Assembly: GCF_009914755.1 (NCBI RefSeq)
Contig: NC_060925.1
Source of the DNA: the human T2T-CHM13v2.0 reference genome, Homo sapiens
DNA: 64,000 bases
Direction: 5' to 3' (one strand)
Both the position numbers and the translations under genes were made by a program. The notes beneath the pieces were generated by a model that did not search any database, had not been told where the DNA came from, and saw only the letters and a list, made by a program, of their open reading frames with translations. Positions 40,383 to 57,004 of this stretch are shown here, piece by piece; within the stretch, counting starts at the first letter, position 1; every line of letters begins with the position of its first letter.

Positions 40383-40928
40383 GCATCCTAGGTCAGGATT
40401 GTAATGGGTGTTGCATGAGCCCTTTCAGGACATTTGCCAATTTGTCCTCAGAAATACACTTGAGCTTGATTTCACCCCTCTCTGGAGTTTTACAGAATGA
40501 TGTCCACCATCCTTCTGTAAATGTCCATCTTTACTGTCTCATTGTCATCCACTTCCTTTCCCTCCCTTGCTAACCATTCCCACCTGCACCCACACCTACT
40601 GTCTTGGCTGTGTTCTGCCCTGGTTTTCAGGAAAAAACCCAGTGGATTCAAGATGGTGCTCAGTCATTGACTTCACTGCAAATCTGGGTCTATCTCAGGG
40701 AGGCATCGGATCTTGTTGGCCACACACAGGCTTCCCCTCTTAGCCATCACTTTCATATTTGCCTCCTTCCACAACCTGAGTTCTGCCTGACATAGGACCA
40801 CTCTCCTGTCTGTGATGTCCTCTGGGCTTGGTGATCTAGTCCACTTTCCTCTAATTAGTTCTCTGAGGGAGCAGCCTGGCCAGACTTTCAGCTCCTGCAG
40901 CCTCCCCCTTGGAACTCTGTTGAGTGAG

Positions 40929-41305
40929 TTTATTAGTCTGTCTTCACACTGCTATGAAGAAATACCCGAGACTGGGTAATTTATAAAGGCAATAGGTTTA
41001 ATTGACTTACAGCTCCACATTGCTGAAGAGGCCTCAGTAAACTTATAATCACAGCAGAAATCAAAGGAGAAGCAGGCACCTTCTTTACAGGGTGGTAGGA
41101 TGGAGTGAGTGCAAGCAGGGGAAATGCCAGATGCTTATAAAACCATCAGATCTCATGAGACTCATTACTATTACAAGAAAAACATGGAGGAAACTGCCTC
41201 TATGATTCAATTACCTCCACCTGGTCCCACCCTTGACACACAGGGATTACGGGGATTACAATTCAAGATAGATTTTGAGTAGGGACACAGAGCAAAACTA
41301 TATCA
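40929..41305 (-). mobile_element. THE1D-like MaLR solo LTR
   Basis: Consensus-like throughout; perfect 5-bp TSD GTGAG. Confidence 0.88.
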
Positions 41306-41639
41306 GTGAGACTTTCCTACCTCACTACCTCAGTGTGCACAGGAGGACCAGAGATGGAGGGAAAAAGAACTGAAAAAGTGATAACAAAAAGTATGTATTT
41401 CGGTAATTTTTCTTAAGCCTGAGTAAACCAGTTGAAACTACTCCAACCTTTTCCATGAAGTAAAGCACACATTTATTACCAGATAGTATACATGATAATT
41501 GCTTCTGCATCTATTCCCTACGGGAGAAGAATAATCCGTCGTTTTTTGTGCCAAGTCCATATAATACAGAAAGGAAACATGGCACATTGCAATATAGTGT
41601 GATGAGAGGGAGTGGAGAACATTTAAAAAGCACCTCCCA

Positions 41640-43752
41640 TGGACTGGGGTCTTTCTCTCTCTTTAACTGTAATATATTTGTTTTCTATATCTGGGGTGCT
41701 CTTGTGTTGGGTGTATACGTACTTACAATTGTTGTGTGCTGTTTTTTGAATTGATTCCTTTATCATTATATAATGACCCTCTTCGTCTTTTGTTTTGTTT
41801 TGTTTTTGACACAGAGTCTCTCTCTGTGTTCCAGGCTAGAGTGCAGTCACAGCATCTCAGCTCATTGAAACCTCTACCTCCTGGGTTCAATCACTTCTCA
41901 TGCCTCATCCTTCAGAGTATCTGGAATTATAGGCATGTGCCACCACTCCTGGCTAATTTTTATATTTTTAATAGAGATGGGGTTTTTCCATGTTGGCCAG
42001 GTTGGTCTCCAACTCCTGGCCTCAAGTTATCTGTCTGCCTTGGCCTCCTAAACTGCTGGAATTACAGGTGTGAGCTACCACAGCACTTGGCCCATCTCTT
42101 TATTTTCAGTCTATGTGTCTTTACAGCTGAAGCATTTTTCTTGTAGGCAACAGATCATTGGGTCTTTTTTTTTTTAATACCCATTCAGCCACTCTATGTC
42201 TTTTGATTGGAGAGTTTAGTTCATTTACATTCAATGCCATTATTTGGTAAGTAAGGGCTTACTGCTGCCTTTTTGTTATTTGTTTTCTGGTCTTCTTGTT
42301 CTTGTTTTCTCCTTTCTCTCCTTCTTTTAGTAAAAGTGATCTTCTCTAGCAGTATATTTTTGTTTCTGGCTTTTTTTTGTGTGTAGCCATTTTATGTTTT
42401 TAGATTTAAGGTACTATGAGGTACTAAATAATATTTTATAGCCCATTATTTTAAACCAATAACACTAATTGCATAAACAAAAAAACAAGCAAAAAGAAAA
42501 CTAAGAAAACTCTGTATTTTAACTTCATCTCCTTGCTTTTTAACTTTTTGTTGTTTCTATTTATATCTTATTGTAATGTCTATGTCTTGAAATGTTATAG
42601 TTATTATTTTTGATCAGTTCATCTTTTTGTCTTTTAACTTATGAGTAGTTTACATACCACAATTACAGCATTATAATATTCTGTGTTTTTCTAGGAACTT
42701 ACTACCATGCATGAGTTTTGTACCTGTAGATGATTTCTCATTGCTCACTAATGTCCTTTTCTTTCAGATTGAAGAATTCCCTTTAGCATTTCTTGTAAGA
42801 CTGGTCTGGTGTTGGTGAAATCCTTCAGCTTTTGTTCCTCTGGGAAAATCATTATATCTTCTTCATGTTTGAAGAAGTTCTTTTTGAAGGACTTCTTTTT
42901 TTGTGTGTAAAATCTGCTTGGTGTTCTTTAACTTTCTTGTACTTGAATATTGATACCTTTTTCTAGGTTTCAGAAATTCTCTGTTATTATCCCTTTGAAA
43001 ATATTTTCTACCCCTATCTCTGTCTCTACCTACTCTTTAAGGCCAATAACTCCTAGATTTGCCCTTTTGAGGCTGTTTTCTAGATCTTTTAGGCATGCTT
43101 CATTCTTTTTTATTCTTTTTTCTTTTGTCTCCTCTGACTGCGTGTTTTTAAATAGCCTACCATTGAGCTCACTACTTCCTACTTCTTTCTTTTGTTTAAT
43201 CGATTCTGCTATTAAGAGTCTTTGATGCATTCTTCAGTATGCCAATTGCATTTTTCAACTCTAGAATTTATACTTGATTCTTTATAATTATTTCAATTTC
43301 TTTGTTAAATTTATCCATAGGAATCTAAATTCCCTCTGTGTTATCTTGAGTTTCTTTCAGTTTCCTCAAAAGAACTATTTTTGAATTCTCTGTCAGGTCA
43401 CATATCTGCCTCTCTGGGATTTGCCCTTGGTGCATTATTTAGTTCATTTGGTGAGGTCATGTTTTCCTGAATGGTCTTGATGCTTGTGGATGTTCATCAG
43501 TGTTTGGGCATTGTAGAGTTAGGTATTTATTGTGGTCTTCACAGTCTGGGCTTGTTTATACCCATTCTTCTTGGGAAGGATTTTAAGGTATTCAAGAAGA
43601 CATGGGTGTTGCGATCTAAATTTTTGGTTACTGCAACTTTATCTACATTAGGGGACACCCCAAGCTTAGTAACCCTGTAGTTTGTAAAAGTACTGCCTTA
43701 GTGATATTGGATAACATCTGGAAGAATTCTCTGCATTACCAGGCAGATACTC
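41640..43752 (-). mobile_element. Old L1M ORF1 / ORF2-start region
   Basis: ORF 43030-43230 (EETKEKRIKKNEACLKDLENSLKRANLGVIGLKE) is L1 ORF1p-like. Confidence 0.8.
41788..42092 (-). mobile_element. AluS SINE inside L1
   Basis: Full dimer with (TTTTG)n tail. Confidence 0.88.
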
Positions 43753-43753
43753 T

Positions 43754-43940
43754 TGCCACCACGCCTGGCTAATTTTCACTTTTTTTGTTTGTTTGTTTGT
43801 TTGTTAGTTTCTTTGTTTTTTGTAGAGACGAGGTTTTGCCCTGTTTCCCAGGCTGGTCTCAAACTTCTGGGCTCAAGCAATTCTCCCACCTTGACCTCCC
43901 AAAGTTTTGGGATTACAGGCATGAGCCACCACACCTGGCC
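43754..43940 (-). mobile_element. Partial AluJ (left arm plus linker)
   Basis: gtagagacgaggttttgccctgtttcccaggctggtctc...gagccaccacacctggcc. Confidence 0.8.
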
Positions 43941-44299
43941 CTGAGCTTGTATTGGATGAGAAGTGACCAGGATGTTGGTAGATAGATGACGGTAATGAAG
44001 AGGTGTAGAGTGTGATAATAGTCAGATATATCCTCAAAGGACTGGGTATTGGACATTTTATGGAGAAATTGTGACCTGGATACAAGAGAGAAGTAAAGAA
44101 GGCTTGAACACCTGTCTATCCTAAAATATGTGAGTGTGATTAAATGACTGCCAACCTCTAGAGTGGTTCAGGGGAGGCAGAGTGAGAGACAGGTTGCAGT
44201 TAAGGTTAACTTTTATGATATTTACAAATAAACCATTCTATTCTTATGAATTACGTATATTTTTCCTTCAATTACATTTCTATTTGGTTGTAAGTAATG

Positions 44300-47790
<3,491 letters not shown>

Positions 47791-47962
47791 TGGGTCTGGA
47801 TTTTCAAAATGTCCCTGGTGTTTTGCCAGCATGGAATGTTCATTTGCTGACTCTCTCCAGGGTTCCTGGCTTCCAGCTATAGGGCTGGTTTCCTCTCTGA
47901 AGGCTCTTCTTTTGCATTCCCCTTCCTTACAAATAGTGTTCATAGTGAAGCACTTCTCAAAA

Positions 47963-48428
47963 TGTAGCAGGACGAGCCGCAGACAAAACTCCTCAGACAG
48001 AGAGTTAAAGAAGGAAGGGGTTTATTTGGCCGGGGGCATCAGCAAGATTCCTGTCTCAAGAGCCGAGCTCCCCAAGTGAGCAATTCCTGTCCTTTTTAAG
48101 GGCTCATAACCCTAAGGGGGTGTGTGTGAGAGGGTTGTGATCGATTGAGCAAGCAGGGGATACGTGTCTGGGGGCTGCATGCACCGGTAATTAGATATAT
48201 TGGAACAAAACAGGATGGAGATTTTCACAGTGCTTTTCTATACAATGTCTGTAATCTATAGATAACATAATTGATTAGGTCAGGGGTCAATCTTTAACTA
48301 CCAGGCCCAGGGTGTGGCACCAGGCTGTCTGCTTGTGGATTTCATTTCTGCCTTTTAGTTTTTACTTTTTCTTTCTTTGGAGGCAGAAATTGGGCATAAG
48401 ACAATATGAGGGGTGGTTTCCTCCCTTA
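47963..48428 (-). mobile_element. LTR2 (HERV-E) solo LTR
   Basis: Reverse complement runs TAAGGGAGGAAACCACCCCTCATATTGTCTTATGCCC...GCGGCTCGTCCTGCTACA; TATA-like CTTAAAAAG and AATAAA present; little decay. Confidence 0.9.
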
Positions 48429-49484
48429 AAAGAAGTTCATTTTGGAGAGCTGTAGGCATGGGGGTGGATATGAGGTTTCATCCCCATTGCCCTGAGGGTG
48501 ACCAGTGGATAAGCTGCCCAGATTTTGATTCCACATAAGAAGGATTGCTTAACTCTGGAACTTGTGTACTGCCTTTTTGCAATAACTTCCCCACTACCAG
48601 GTGGAGTAGTGAGAATCAAGCCAATGTTGAATATCTTCTCTGCTGGGAATCTGTGGAGCAGTTCTGGTTGAGAGCAGAGTGCACTCAAGGTGACGTGCTT
48701 GGGGCCACACAGTGGGATGGGAGAGTGGCTGAGATGTCAATGATGAGTCCTGAGCTTGTGGTCAGGAGTCCAGACCCTGTGCTTAATTAGCTGTATGAAC
48801 TTTCACAGGTCACCTAACACCTCTGAGGTTTGGGTTTCACATCGATTAAATAGGTTTAATACCCAGGAACCTGACTACCTTGAGGTGGTCTTGGGGTCAG
48901 GCCTGCAGCTCCAGCCTTGGGGGTGTTCTGCCTGGGCAGCCATTAGGGGAGACTACTTGAGGAGAAGGAGGCAGTGCCTTGGGGTTAAGAAGATGGTGCT
49001 CCTCCCTCAGGCTAATGGGAGGGGGAGTTCTTAAATGTCCTGGAGTATCCAGGTCTGGAGAGAAGAGGACATGACCTGAAGCTCAGCAGGTGGTGGTGAG
49101 TTTCAGGCTGTTGAGGCTGTGGCAGAGGGAGTGTGAACTTCTCTGCCCCACCCCTTTGAAATACCAGGAGCAGAGCTGACACAGGCTGAAAGGGAAACTT
49201 AGTTGTGATGCAGCCAAGAGCCTGTCAGCTTCTGTAGGGGGTTCTCCTTACCCTGAGTGTATAGGGAGGTGATGACCACTAGTGGGAGTGGAGAAACCAC
49301 ACAGCCGCCTGCAACAAGTAAATGCTGATGTTTGCACTGGAGATGTGGGGAGTTAACACTCTCCACAGGAGATTTGTTCTTTTGCTTACAGCTTCTTACT
49401 TAGGCAACTGAGAATTGAAGTTTTTGGAAAATGGATAAAAGAAATTTAAGTTATTATATGAGGTAGGGACAAAGTAAAGTCATC

Positions 49485-49601
49485 AAGTTCAGGAAGGGCA
49501 TAGCCCAGCCTTGCTGTAAGAGGGTGACTTCTGTGCCTGACCATAGGCTGACACTGGTGACCAGGGCCACCTGGGGCAGAGCTGTGAACCCAGAGAAGCA
49601 G
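49485..49601 (+). pseudogene. Putative non-coding first exon of the SLAM-like gene
   Basis: Consensus donor CAG|GTGAGT at 49601/49602 pairs with a long pyrimidine tract and CAG acceptor at 49917-49919; TATA-like ttattatatga at 49451-49461. Start is estimated. Confidence 0.5.
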
Positions 49602-49919
49602 GTGAGTGTCAGGGGAGGGTGTGCGAGAGAACAGCAAGCTGGCTGTGCCCGAGAGAAGGAGGCCTGTCTAATACACTGCCAGGAACATCACAGAATGAGG
49701 TTGTACCTTTATCTCTTCTGCAATTACTTATCGACCATGTGTGGTACTGTAAGGGCTGGGAGAGGATGAAAGAGCTGAATGGCCTTCTCTAGACTCGTGG
49801 GCTGTCTCCCCAGTAGTAACTTGCTGGCCCTGCCCTTGAAGTGGAAGGAGTGTGAAGGGCTCCATGATCAAGCTCGTCCTCTTTTCTTACGTCGTCCCCC
49901 TCTGCTGTTTCCACTGCAG

Positions 49920-50018
49920 CTGAACAGGCCATCAAGCAGCCTGCCATGGGGCCCTGCTCCAAGAACCGGTTCTTCTGCTGGGCGACTGTGCTCCTGGTAT
50001 TCATCAGCCTCCTCCTCA
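49920..50018 (+). pseudogene. Signal-peptide exon (ATG at 49946)
   Basis: gccATGG Kozak context; MGPCSKNRFFCWATVLLVFISLLL hydrophobic leader; ends in phase 1 at A|GGGAGT, one base from A|GTGAGT. Confidence 0.8.
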
Positions 50019-51289
50019 GGGAGTGGCAGGGTCCCTGGGAAGGGAGGGCAGTTGGAGAGGGCTGGGCTAGGTTGGCCCTGACCACTGGGTGGGCTGTTCA
50101 GGTTCTGATGTCTTTGGGCAACAAAAAGAGAAAAACACTCTGTTATCATTAACAACTGCAACATATTTGGTTGGAGTCCCAATATGGAAAGAATGAAAAG
50201 TTTTTTGGTGGTGAAGAGGCTGGGAACCCTGAGCCAGGGCTGCCTTGGCTGTATTGAGGGAAACTTTACCCACTGTCTGGGCTCAGGGCTGAGCTCTAAG
50301 CAAATCATCAGAAAGGAGAGGTCCCTTGAAAGTCTCAATCTTAAAATTGTTTTTGTAGTTTGATTAGTGTTCATTTTAAACATTAAAAAGAACTTATATT
50401 TGGGTAAAATGTGTCTATAGTGGGCACCCTTCACATCCCCGTGAGTTGCCTTTTCCTCCCCTCGGAAATGCTGCTCAGCCCTTGGATGAAACCATGTTTA
50501 TCACAGCACTGTTCTAGGAAAAACCCTGGAAAGAAACAGGAGGGGCCCATCAATTCAGGAACATGTGAACAAGCTGAGAAGTATCTGTTCCATGGCATAT
50601 TATAGAAGCTTACAAAAACAAATGTTCCGGTTATCTGGAAGGAATGTTCAACTTCCATGAAGTCAGATGCCTAGATTTCCATCAGCAAGATTCAGGAACC
50701 TGAATACAATACAGTCTTCATTTTATAAAAGGAAACGCAGCCACCAAACTTTAAGTGTTTATACACCCATATGTTTCTAAGACTATGTTAAAAATGTGGA
50801 AGGAATCAGTAGATTGCTAACATGGGCTACAGGAGGGCATAAAATTGGGAAGGAAAACATGGAGAGGGAGAAAGTAGGGAACACAGAATGTTAAGCAAAA
50901 AGTGAACTGAAAGAAAGACTGTCCAAATCTAGGCTGTATGTCACATTTGCTATTTTATGAACAACTATATGTTTGCATTTATAATAACATTAAATTTTAA
51001 AATGAGAAAATAATAATATCTAGTGCATATGAATTTTGATGAAAGCTTTGCTATGATTTTTGCTTTTATATCCCAGCCACTAGCTGAACTAACTTACACG
51101 GCCAAATCTAATGATTAGAGAGCACTTATAAAACAGGAGTTCTTGAAGGAACAATGAGCTTTGCAATAGCAAGAAGTTAGATGCCAGTTCTGTCACCAGC
51201 AAAACGTAGGCTTTCTCCACTTCTGCAACGTTGGTTATCTGGAAATATGTCTAACTGTGTAGAGTTTTCTTTATAGGCCCTGGGGTTAG

Positions 51290-51385
51290 AAGATTACTAA
51301 ACAAAGAAAAAGAAGGAAGGAAGGAAGAAATGAAGGATGGGAGAAGGGGAAGGAAGAAGTAAAGAGAGAGAGAGAGAAAGAAGGA
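51290..51385. repeat. GA-rich low-complexity tract
   Basis: (GGAA)n/(GA)n-rich run. Confidence 0.75.
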
Positions 51386-53015
51386 AACAACTTAGAATTT
51401 CTCATTTTGCGGGTAGATCTGTGTTCAGACAAAGAAAGTGATTCCCTCAGGGAACCACTGGGAAGGAATGAAATTGAAATTGGTTGTTCCATCAGTCCTT
51501 ACCTTGTGGTACTGAATGAGACAAGCTCCCTTGCAGTGAAGTTTGGTCAGAGGCTGTTTGTGGAAGGAATATCACTGTGAAATTGCTCTGTTTCCTCTTA
51601 GGAATCCTGAAGCTCCAGAGTTGGAGGCATTTTTTTCTGTGGTTTCTGGATTATCCCTGTTCTAGTTCACCCTTGACCTAGGGAGAGGGATGGGTGGTGA
51701 AGCAGTGATGATGAAGGTGGGGATGAGATATTTGTCCTGATCATCCCTAAACTCTTACACCCTTCCTGAACATGTGTTTAGATGGGGAAGTGTGGAAGGG
51801 AAGGAAAGAGCCTGAGGGTGGCTCAGCTCACATATAATTTCCCAGGGACAGAGGTAGCTGCAGGTGAGGGTGGTCCTCAACTTGGGGGGACCCCCTGACC
51901 ATAACAATAACAGCACTTACTGAATGCCCACTCCGTGTCTGCCAGCAGGGAGCTGGAAGAGAAAGGGTCTCTGCATTAGGGGCTCCAGACGCAGACACGA
52001 GACAATGGAGATGGCACCAAGAAGTGAGGTTTGGACATCAAACATGAATGGTTGGTTTGTGAGTGTGCTGATGGGGGCTATGTCAGACAAATGAGCAATC
52101 TTTTATGTTGTTTACAGAGCTTGAAATTGTATACAATTTAAATGAATGTTTAGCTCCACCTTGTAAATGACCAACCACTCCCTGTCTTGTTCTCTCTTCT
52201 TCAGGATTAGCATCTCTGTAGATCAAAGAACTCCTGCTGCCTTCCTTCCCTCTCTGAGTCTTCCCTCATCTTCCTCCTGGCTGTGCTCACCATCCAACTT
52301 CTGGGGCAGATCCTTCCTAACAGCCTGAGGGCGGAGCCTCCTTTCTCCCTGGTTCCCTCATCCAGGAAGTGAGCTTGTCCAGGCTGGCAGTTTAACCCTC
52401 TGTTAGCCAGAAGTCCCTGCTCTGCACTGCCACTGAAAGTACCTGCTTCCCCTTTTCAGAAGAGGGCAATTGAGGTGGAGGCCGCGGCAGCTTCTCAGTC
52501 CTGCGGGGCTCAGACGACAGTGCAGCTGAGCTAGTCTAGGGAGGGCAGGTGAAGGTGGAGGAGCTCACGGGCAGTATCCTGCAGGGGAGGCCTTGGGCTG
52601 GGGGGTAAAGTAGGCTCCAGGTCTGGCTCTGCCCTCTGTGACCCAGGACAAGTCTACCCCCTAGAGAGTCCCTCCTCTGTTAAAGCAGGAGCTTGGGCAG
52701 AATCACCCCAGTCCCCCTCAGCAGTGAGGCTCTGGGAGTTGGTGACTCCCGTGGCTCTACCAAGGTCTCTGCTCTGTCTCCCCATCCTGTCCTGTCCTAT
52801 CCTGTGGTCTGACAGGCACTGACAGCCAGTGAGCCTGTTTCAGGCTTCTTCAGAGAGAAGACTCTGGGTGTCCCTGTGGCCACTTCCTCAGCCCTTGAGG
52901 GAGGAAGGGACCCTTCCTCTCTCAGCCTCCTCCACCTGACCCTCTGCTTTCTCTGCCTCTGCTCCTAAGAGGGATCTCAGGGGCCATTGCCCTCAGGCCA
53001 CCTGCTGAAAGACAT

Positions 53016-53395
53016 TGTATATAGGCTGTTCTCTAACTGCTATAAAGAACTACCTGAGACTGGGTAGTTTATAAAGTAAAAAGGTTTAACTGACTTTCAG
53101 TTCTGCAGTCTGTACAGGCAGCATGGCTGGGGAGGCCTCAGGAAACTTAAATCATATCAGAAGGCAAAGGGGAAGCAGGCACTTCTTACATGGCCAAAGA
53201 TGGAGGAAGAGATAGCAGGGGAGGTGCCACACACTTTTAAACCGCCAGATCCTGTGAGAACTCACTATCATGGAAACAGCAAGTGGGAAGTCCGCCCCCA
53301 TGATCAAATCCCCTCACACGAGACCCCCTTCTCCAACACTGGGAATTATATTTTGACATGAGATTTGGATGGGAACCCAAATCCAAACCATATTA
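53016..53395 (-). mobile_element. MSTA MaLR solo LTR
   Basis: Consensus-like; perfect TSD GACAT. Confidence 0.88.
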
Positions 53396-54198
53396 GACAT
53401 CCACTCCCTTCCCACAGTGTATGGAAATGTGGTCTGCATACTGCAATCAGAAAGGCCTTGTGCAACTGTGGCATTTAGAAGCTGCTAATAAAAGCCTCAA
53501 CCAGACCTTTTCCTATCTGCTTCACAGAAAAGACTCGCTTATTTCTCAATGATCCCTCTTTCAGTGCTGGCAAGGGGAGAGACAAACATTATTTTGATCA
53601 GAATTATCCATGCAAATGCCTTAGGAAGGTCCCCCTGTGGAGTCTGAAATGTTGTTTCTCTAGCTAGTCCATTTGTCTTATTTCCCCCAGTCAGAAAAGA
53701 GGACTGTGCTTTTGAGCCCTACATTTGACAGAGCACTCATGGTTTTTGTCTATTGTTTTGCCAAAAATTGTATATTTAACCATGCAATTAACTCTGAAAG
53801 GGATGAATGGGATGCTTACTCATTAATTAATGAGGGGCCTAGTAGGATGTTATAACCCATTCAAAGGGAGCATCAAAGATACTTCTGTAGGCCAGCAGGA
53901 ATGCTGAAATGAATTTACCAATAGATGCCCTGTGATCACAGGGTCTGTGGTATTTGTGGGTACACAGATGACTGTCTGGAGGATACACACTATTTAAAGT
54001 ATTTTCCTTTGGGATAAGCCATATTTTGAACTTTTACTTGAAGCAGCTCTGCACCCTGTATAATTTTCAATGTAACATATAACACTTTTATGTTATAAAC
54101 AACCTACTAAAGAAAGGGGAAAATGGATAAACCAAATACAATTAATATAATTTTTTTAGCTCACACATGAAATTAAAAGTAATCTCTCTTTTCTTCAA

Positions 54199-54335
54199 AT
54201 TTTTTTTATTGTTTGTAGAAATGGGGTCTCACTGTTTCCCAGGCTGATCTTGAACTTCTGGCCTTAAGGCATCCCCTGGCCTGTGGCTCCCAAAGTGTTG
54301 GGATTATGGGTGGTGTGAGCTATTGCACCCAGACC
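54199..54335 (-). mobile_element. FLAM / AluJ left monomer
   Basis: gtagaaatggggtctcactg...cccaggctgatcttgaact...ccaaagtgttgggatta. Confidence 0.75.
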
Positions 54336-54939
54336 TTCCACCCATCTTTACCACTCTCCTCACTACAAAGATATTCTTAGCTCCTTGGTAATATGGGAAT
54401 TGATGGCGGCTGTGTGTGGACACAGCAATGAACTTCCTTTTAAATTCCAGGCTTTGGTAAACAAGAAGGTCTTGAGTGGAGCTTGACACTCTGCAGCCAC
54501 GTATGGGATTTAACTCAGAAAGATTTAACCCTCTGAAACTCATCCTTAGACCCAGGAGGGGACCCCCTGAGAGGGGCGGCTGCTGAGGAGGAATGGATAC
54601 CAGCCTGGAAGCTGGGAACATCTGGTTCTGATTCCAGGTGGGCTTCGTGAAGTAATACTCATCCTGACATAGAGAGTAGCTAATGTTAATACGAAAATTA
54701 CTGAATACTGTACTGCAACATTTTCTCTGTTTAAACCCAAAGAAGATTTCAATGAGGTAGGCATTTTCATTGTTTTCGTAACACATATGAGAGAGCTAAA
54801 GTCAGAGAGGTTAAATAACTGCTCTAGTTCACACAGCCAGAAAATAGAGGACCTGGACTTAATTCTCACCGGCTCTAAAGTCCAAACTTTTCACCACTCT
54901 GTGAAACCAGAGTCACGTCACAGACTGGTGACACCAGCC

Positions 54940-55990
54940 AACTACATCACCTAGTTGACTCCAAAATAAATTTCAGTTGTATCTAAGAGTAAACATAAAA
55001 TTTAAAACCATATATGTACTTAAAGAAAACAAGAAAGAGTTAAAAACCTACTTTTGAATTGGGGGCTATCTTTTAAAGCAAGATACAAAAAGAATAAGCC
55101 ATATAAATGGATACATCGGACTTTACGCAAATAATATTTTGGCATTGCAAATAGTCTGTAGGTAAATTTGAAAAATAAACTAAAAAAAATTGTGTTATGT
55201 TAGAAAAAAAGCTAATTTTCTTAAAATATGTGTAACTCCTATAAGCTAACAGAAAAAAACCCCAATGGATAAAGCACATTAGCTAATAGTTCATAGTTCA
55301 CAAAAAAGGCAATAAGAATGACTTAGTAATCTAAAATGACAATGATGAATATCATTTATAGAAGAAATGCTCATTAAAACAATAAGGAGATATTTTCCCC
55401 TATCAACCTGACAAAGGGCAAAAAGTTTGATCATTACGTATTGGTGAGAAACCTAAATATTATTGGTAGGAATATAGATAAGAACACTCTTTGGAGGTAA
55501 TAATATGAATCAATAGTTTAGGTATGTTTGCCTTTGATCCATTAGATCCACCCTAATGATTTTCCCTAATATATACACACCAACATGTGCAAAGAAACAA
55601 ATATAAGGATATTCATTGCAACATTGTTTGTTGTGTCAAGCGGCAACTTAAATATCAGTAGCAGAGGAGTGTTAGAGCCCCACAAGGAACAGTATGCAGA
55701 CAGGACATGGGACACATCTACTTGTAGAGATCCTGAGTGGGCTCCAACAATTGCTGCTTTGAGAAAAGGCAAAGAACAGGACAGTCACATAGCATGTTTT
55801 GTGTATGTGGAGATTCACATATGTGCATGTAAGTGCATAAACTATCTCTGCATGGTAACACAAGACACTGATAATAGTGCCTGCCTCTAGGAACCAGAAC
55901 CAGGCAATGGGAGTCAGAGATAGGAGAAAGACTTCATTTTCAATCTCCTTAATTTCCCCCTCCTTTAAAATAAAAAAAAATGAATGTTTA
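54940..55990 (+). mobile_element. Old L1ME fragment
   Basis: Degraded ORF2-end / 3' UTR motifs (aggatattcattgcaacattgtttg). Confidence 0.6.
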
Positions 55991-56569
55991 ATCTGATTAA
56001 AATCCAAAAATTAAAAAACCTCTTGGTATTGCTAAAATGCAATCTCTTCAGCATTTTCATGGGGATAATAATCTGTAACCTCCAACCTTGAAGTGTCCTG
56101 CGAATCATCAGAAATTCAGTATCTGAAGGAGCTGCTGAGATTAGGGATTGGGAATGACATTCATGGAAGATGGGGAACCTGTTTCCCAGACAGGGAAAGC
56201 AAAGAGAGAAATCCACCTACAGTAACTGTGGCAATCCATGGCAGTTGGGCCCTGATAATAGTAACAATCATAGCAACTAAACACTACTGTTGAGTGCTTT
56301 TTAAAAAATGTATCATCTGTATTAATGCTTGTAGCAGACAATGAATACTTGCAATTTTTATCTCTATTGTTCATCTGTGGGAACTCAAGGGCTAGATAGT
56401 TTAACAATTTGCTAAAGATCACTCAGCCAGTAAATATGGTGGATCTGGGATTGAATCAGGGTCTGCCTGATTCCAGAGCTTGTGCCTCATGTGATTTGCT
56501 GGCCAAAGGCCCAGGCCTGACTCTCCAGGAATCCCTGAAAGGGTCAACATGTAATCCTTGGGTGCCACC

Positions 56570-56986
56570 TGTCTCAGTTCATTTGTGTTGCTATGAAGGA
56601 ATAACTGAGGCTGGGTAATTTATAGAGAGAAGAGGTTTATTTGACTTATGCATCTTCAGGCTGTACAAGAAGCATGGCATCAGCATCTCCTTCTGGTGAG
56701 GGGCTCAGGAAGCTTCCACTTATGGTGGAAGGTGAAGGGCAGCAGACATCACATGGCAAGAGAGGGAGCAAGAGAGAGAGGAGGGAACTGCCAGGCTGTT
56801 TTTCACAGTGAGTTCTCCCGGGAACAAATAGAGCAAGAACTCACTTGTTACCACAAGGATGGCACCGAGAGATTAATTAGGGATCCACCCCCATGACCCA
56901 AACACCTCCCACGAGGGCCCACCTCCAACACTGGGGGTCTAATTTCAACATGCGATTTAGAGGGAACAAATAGCTAAACTATATCA
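56570..56986 (-). mobile_element. MSTB1-like MaLR LTR
   Basis: Consensus-like; TSD ccacc/gcacc. Confidence 0.85.
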
Positions 56987-57004
56987 GCACCTTTCCTGAG
57001 TTCC

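Noticed and set aside
49868-50434. Longest ORF in the track (188 aa, minus strand)
   Set aside because: Antisense to the SLAM-like leader exon, non-ATG start, no domain
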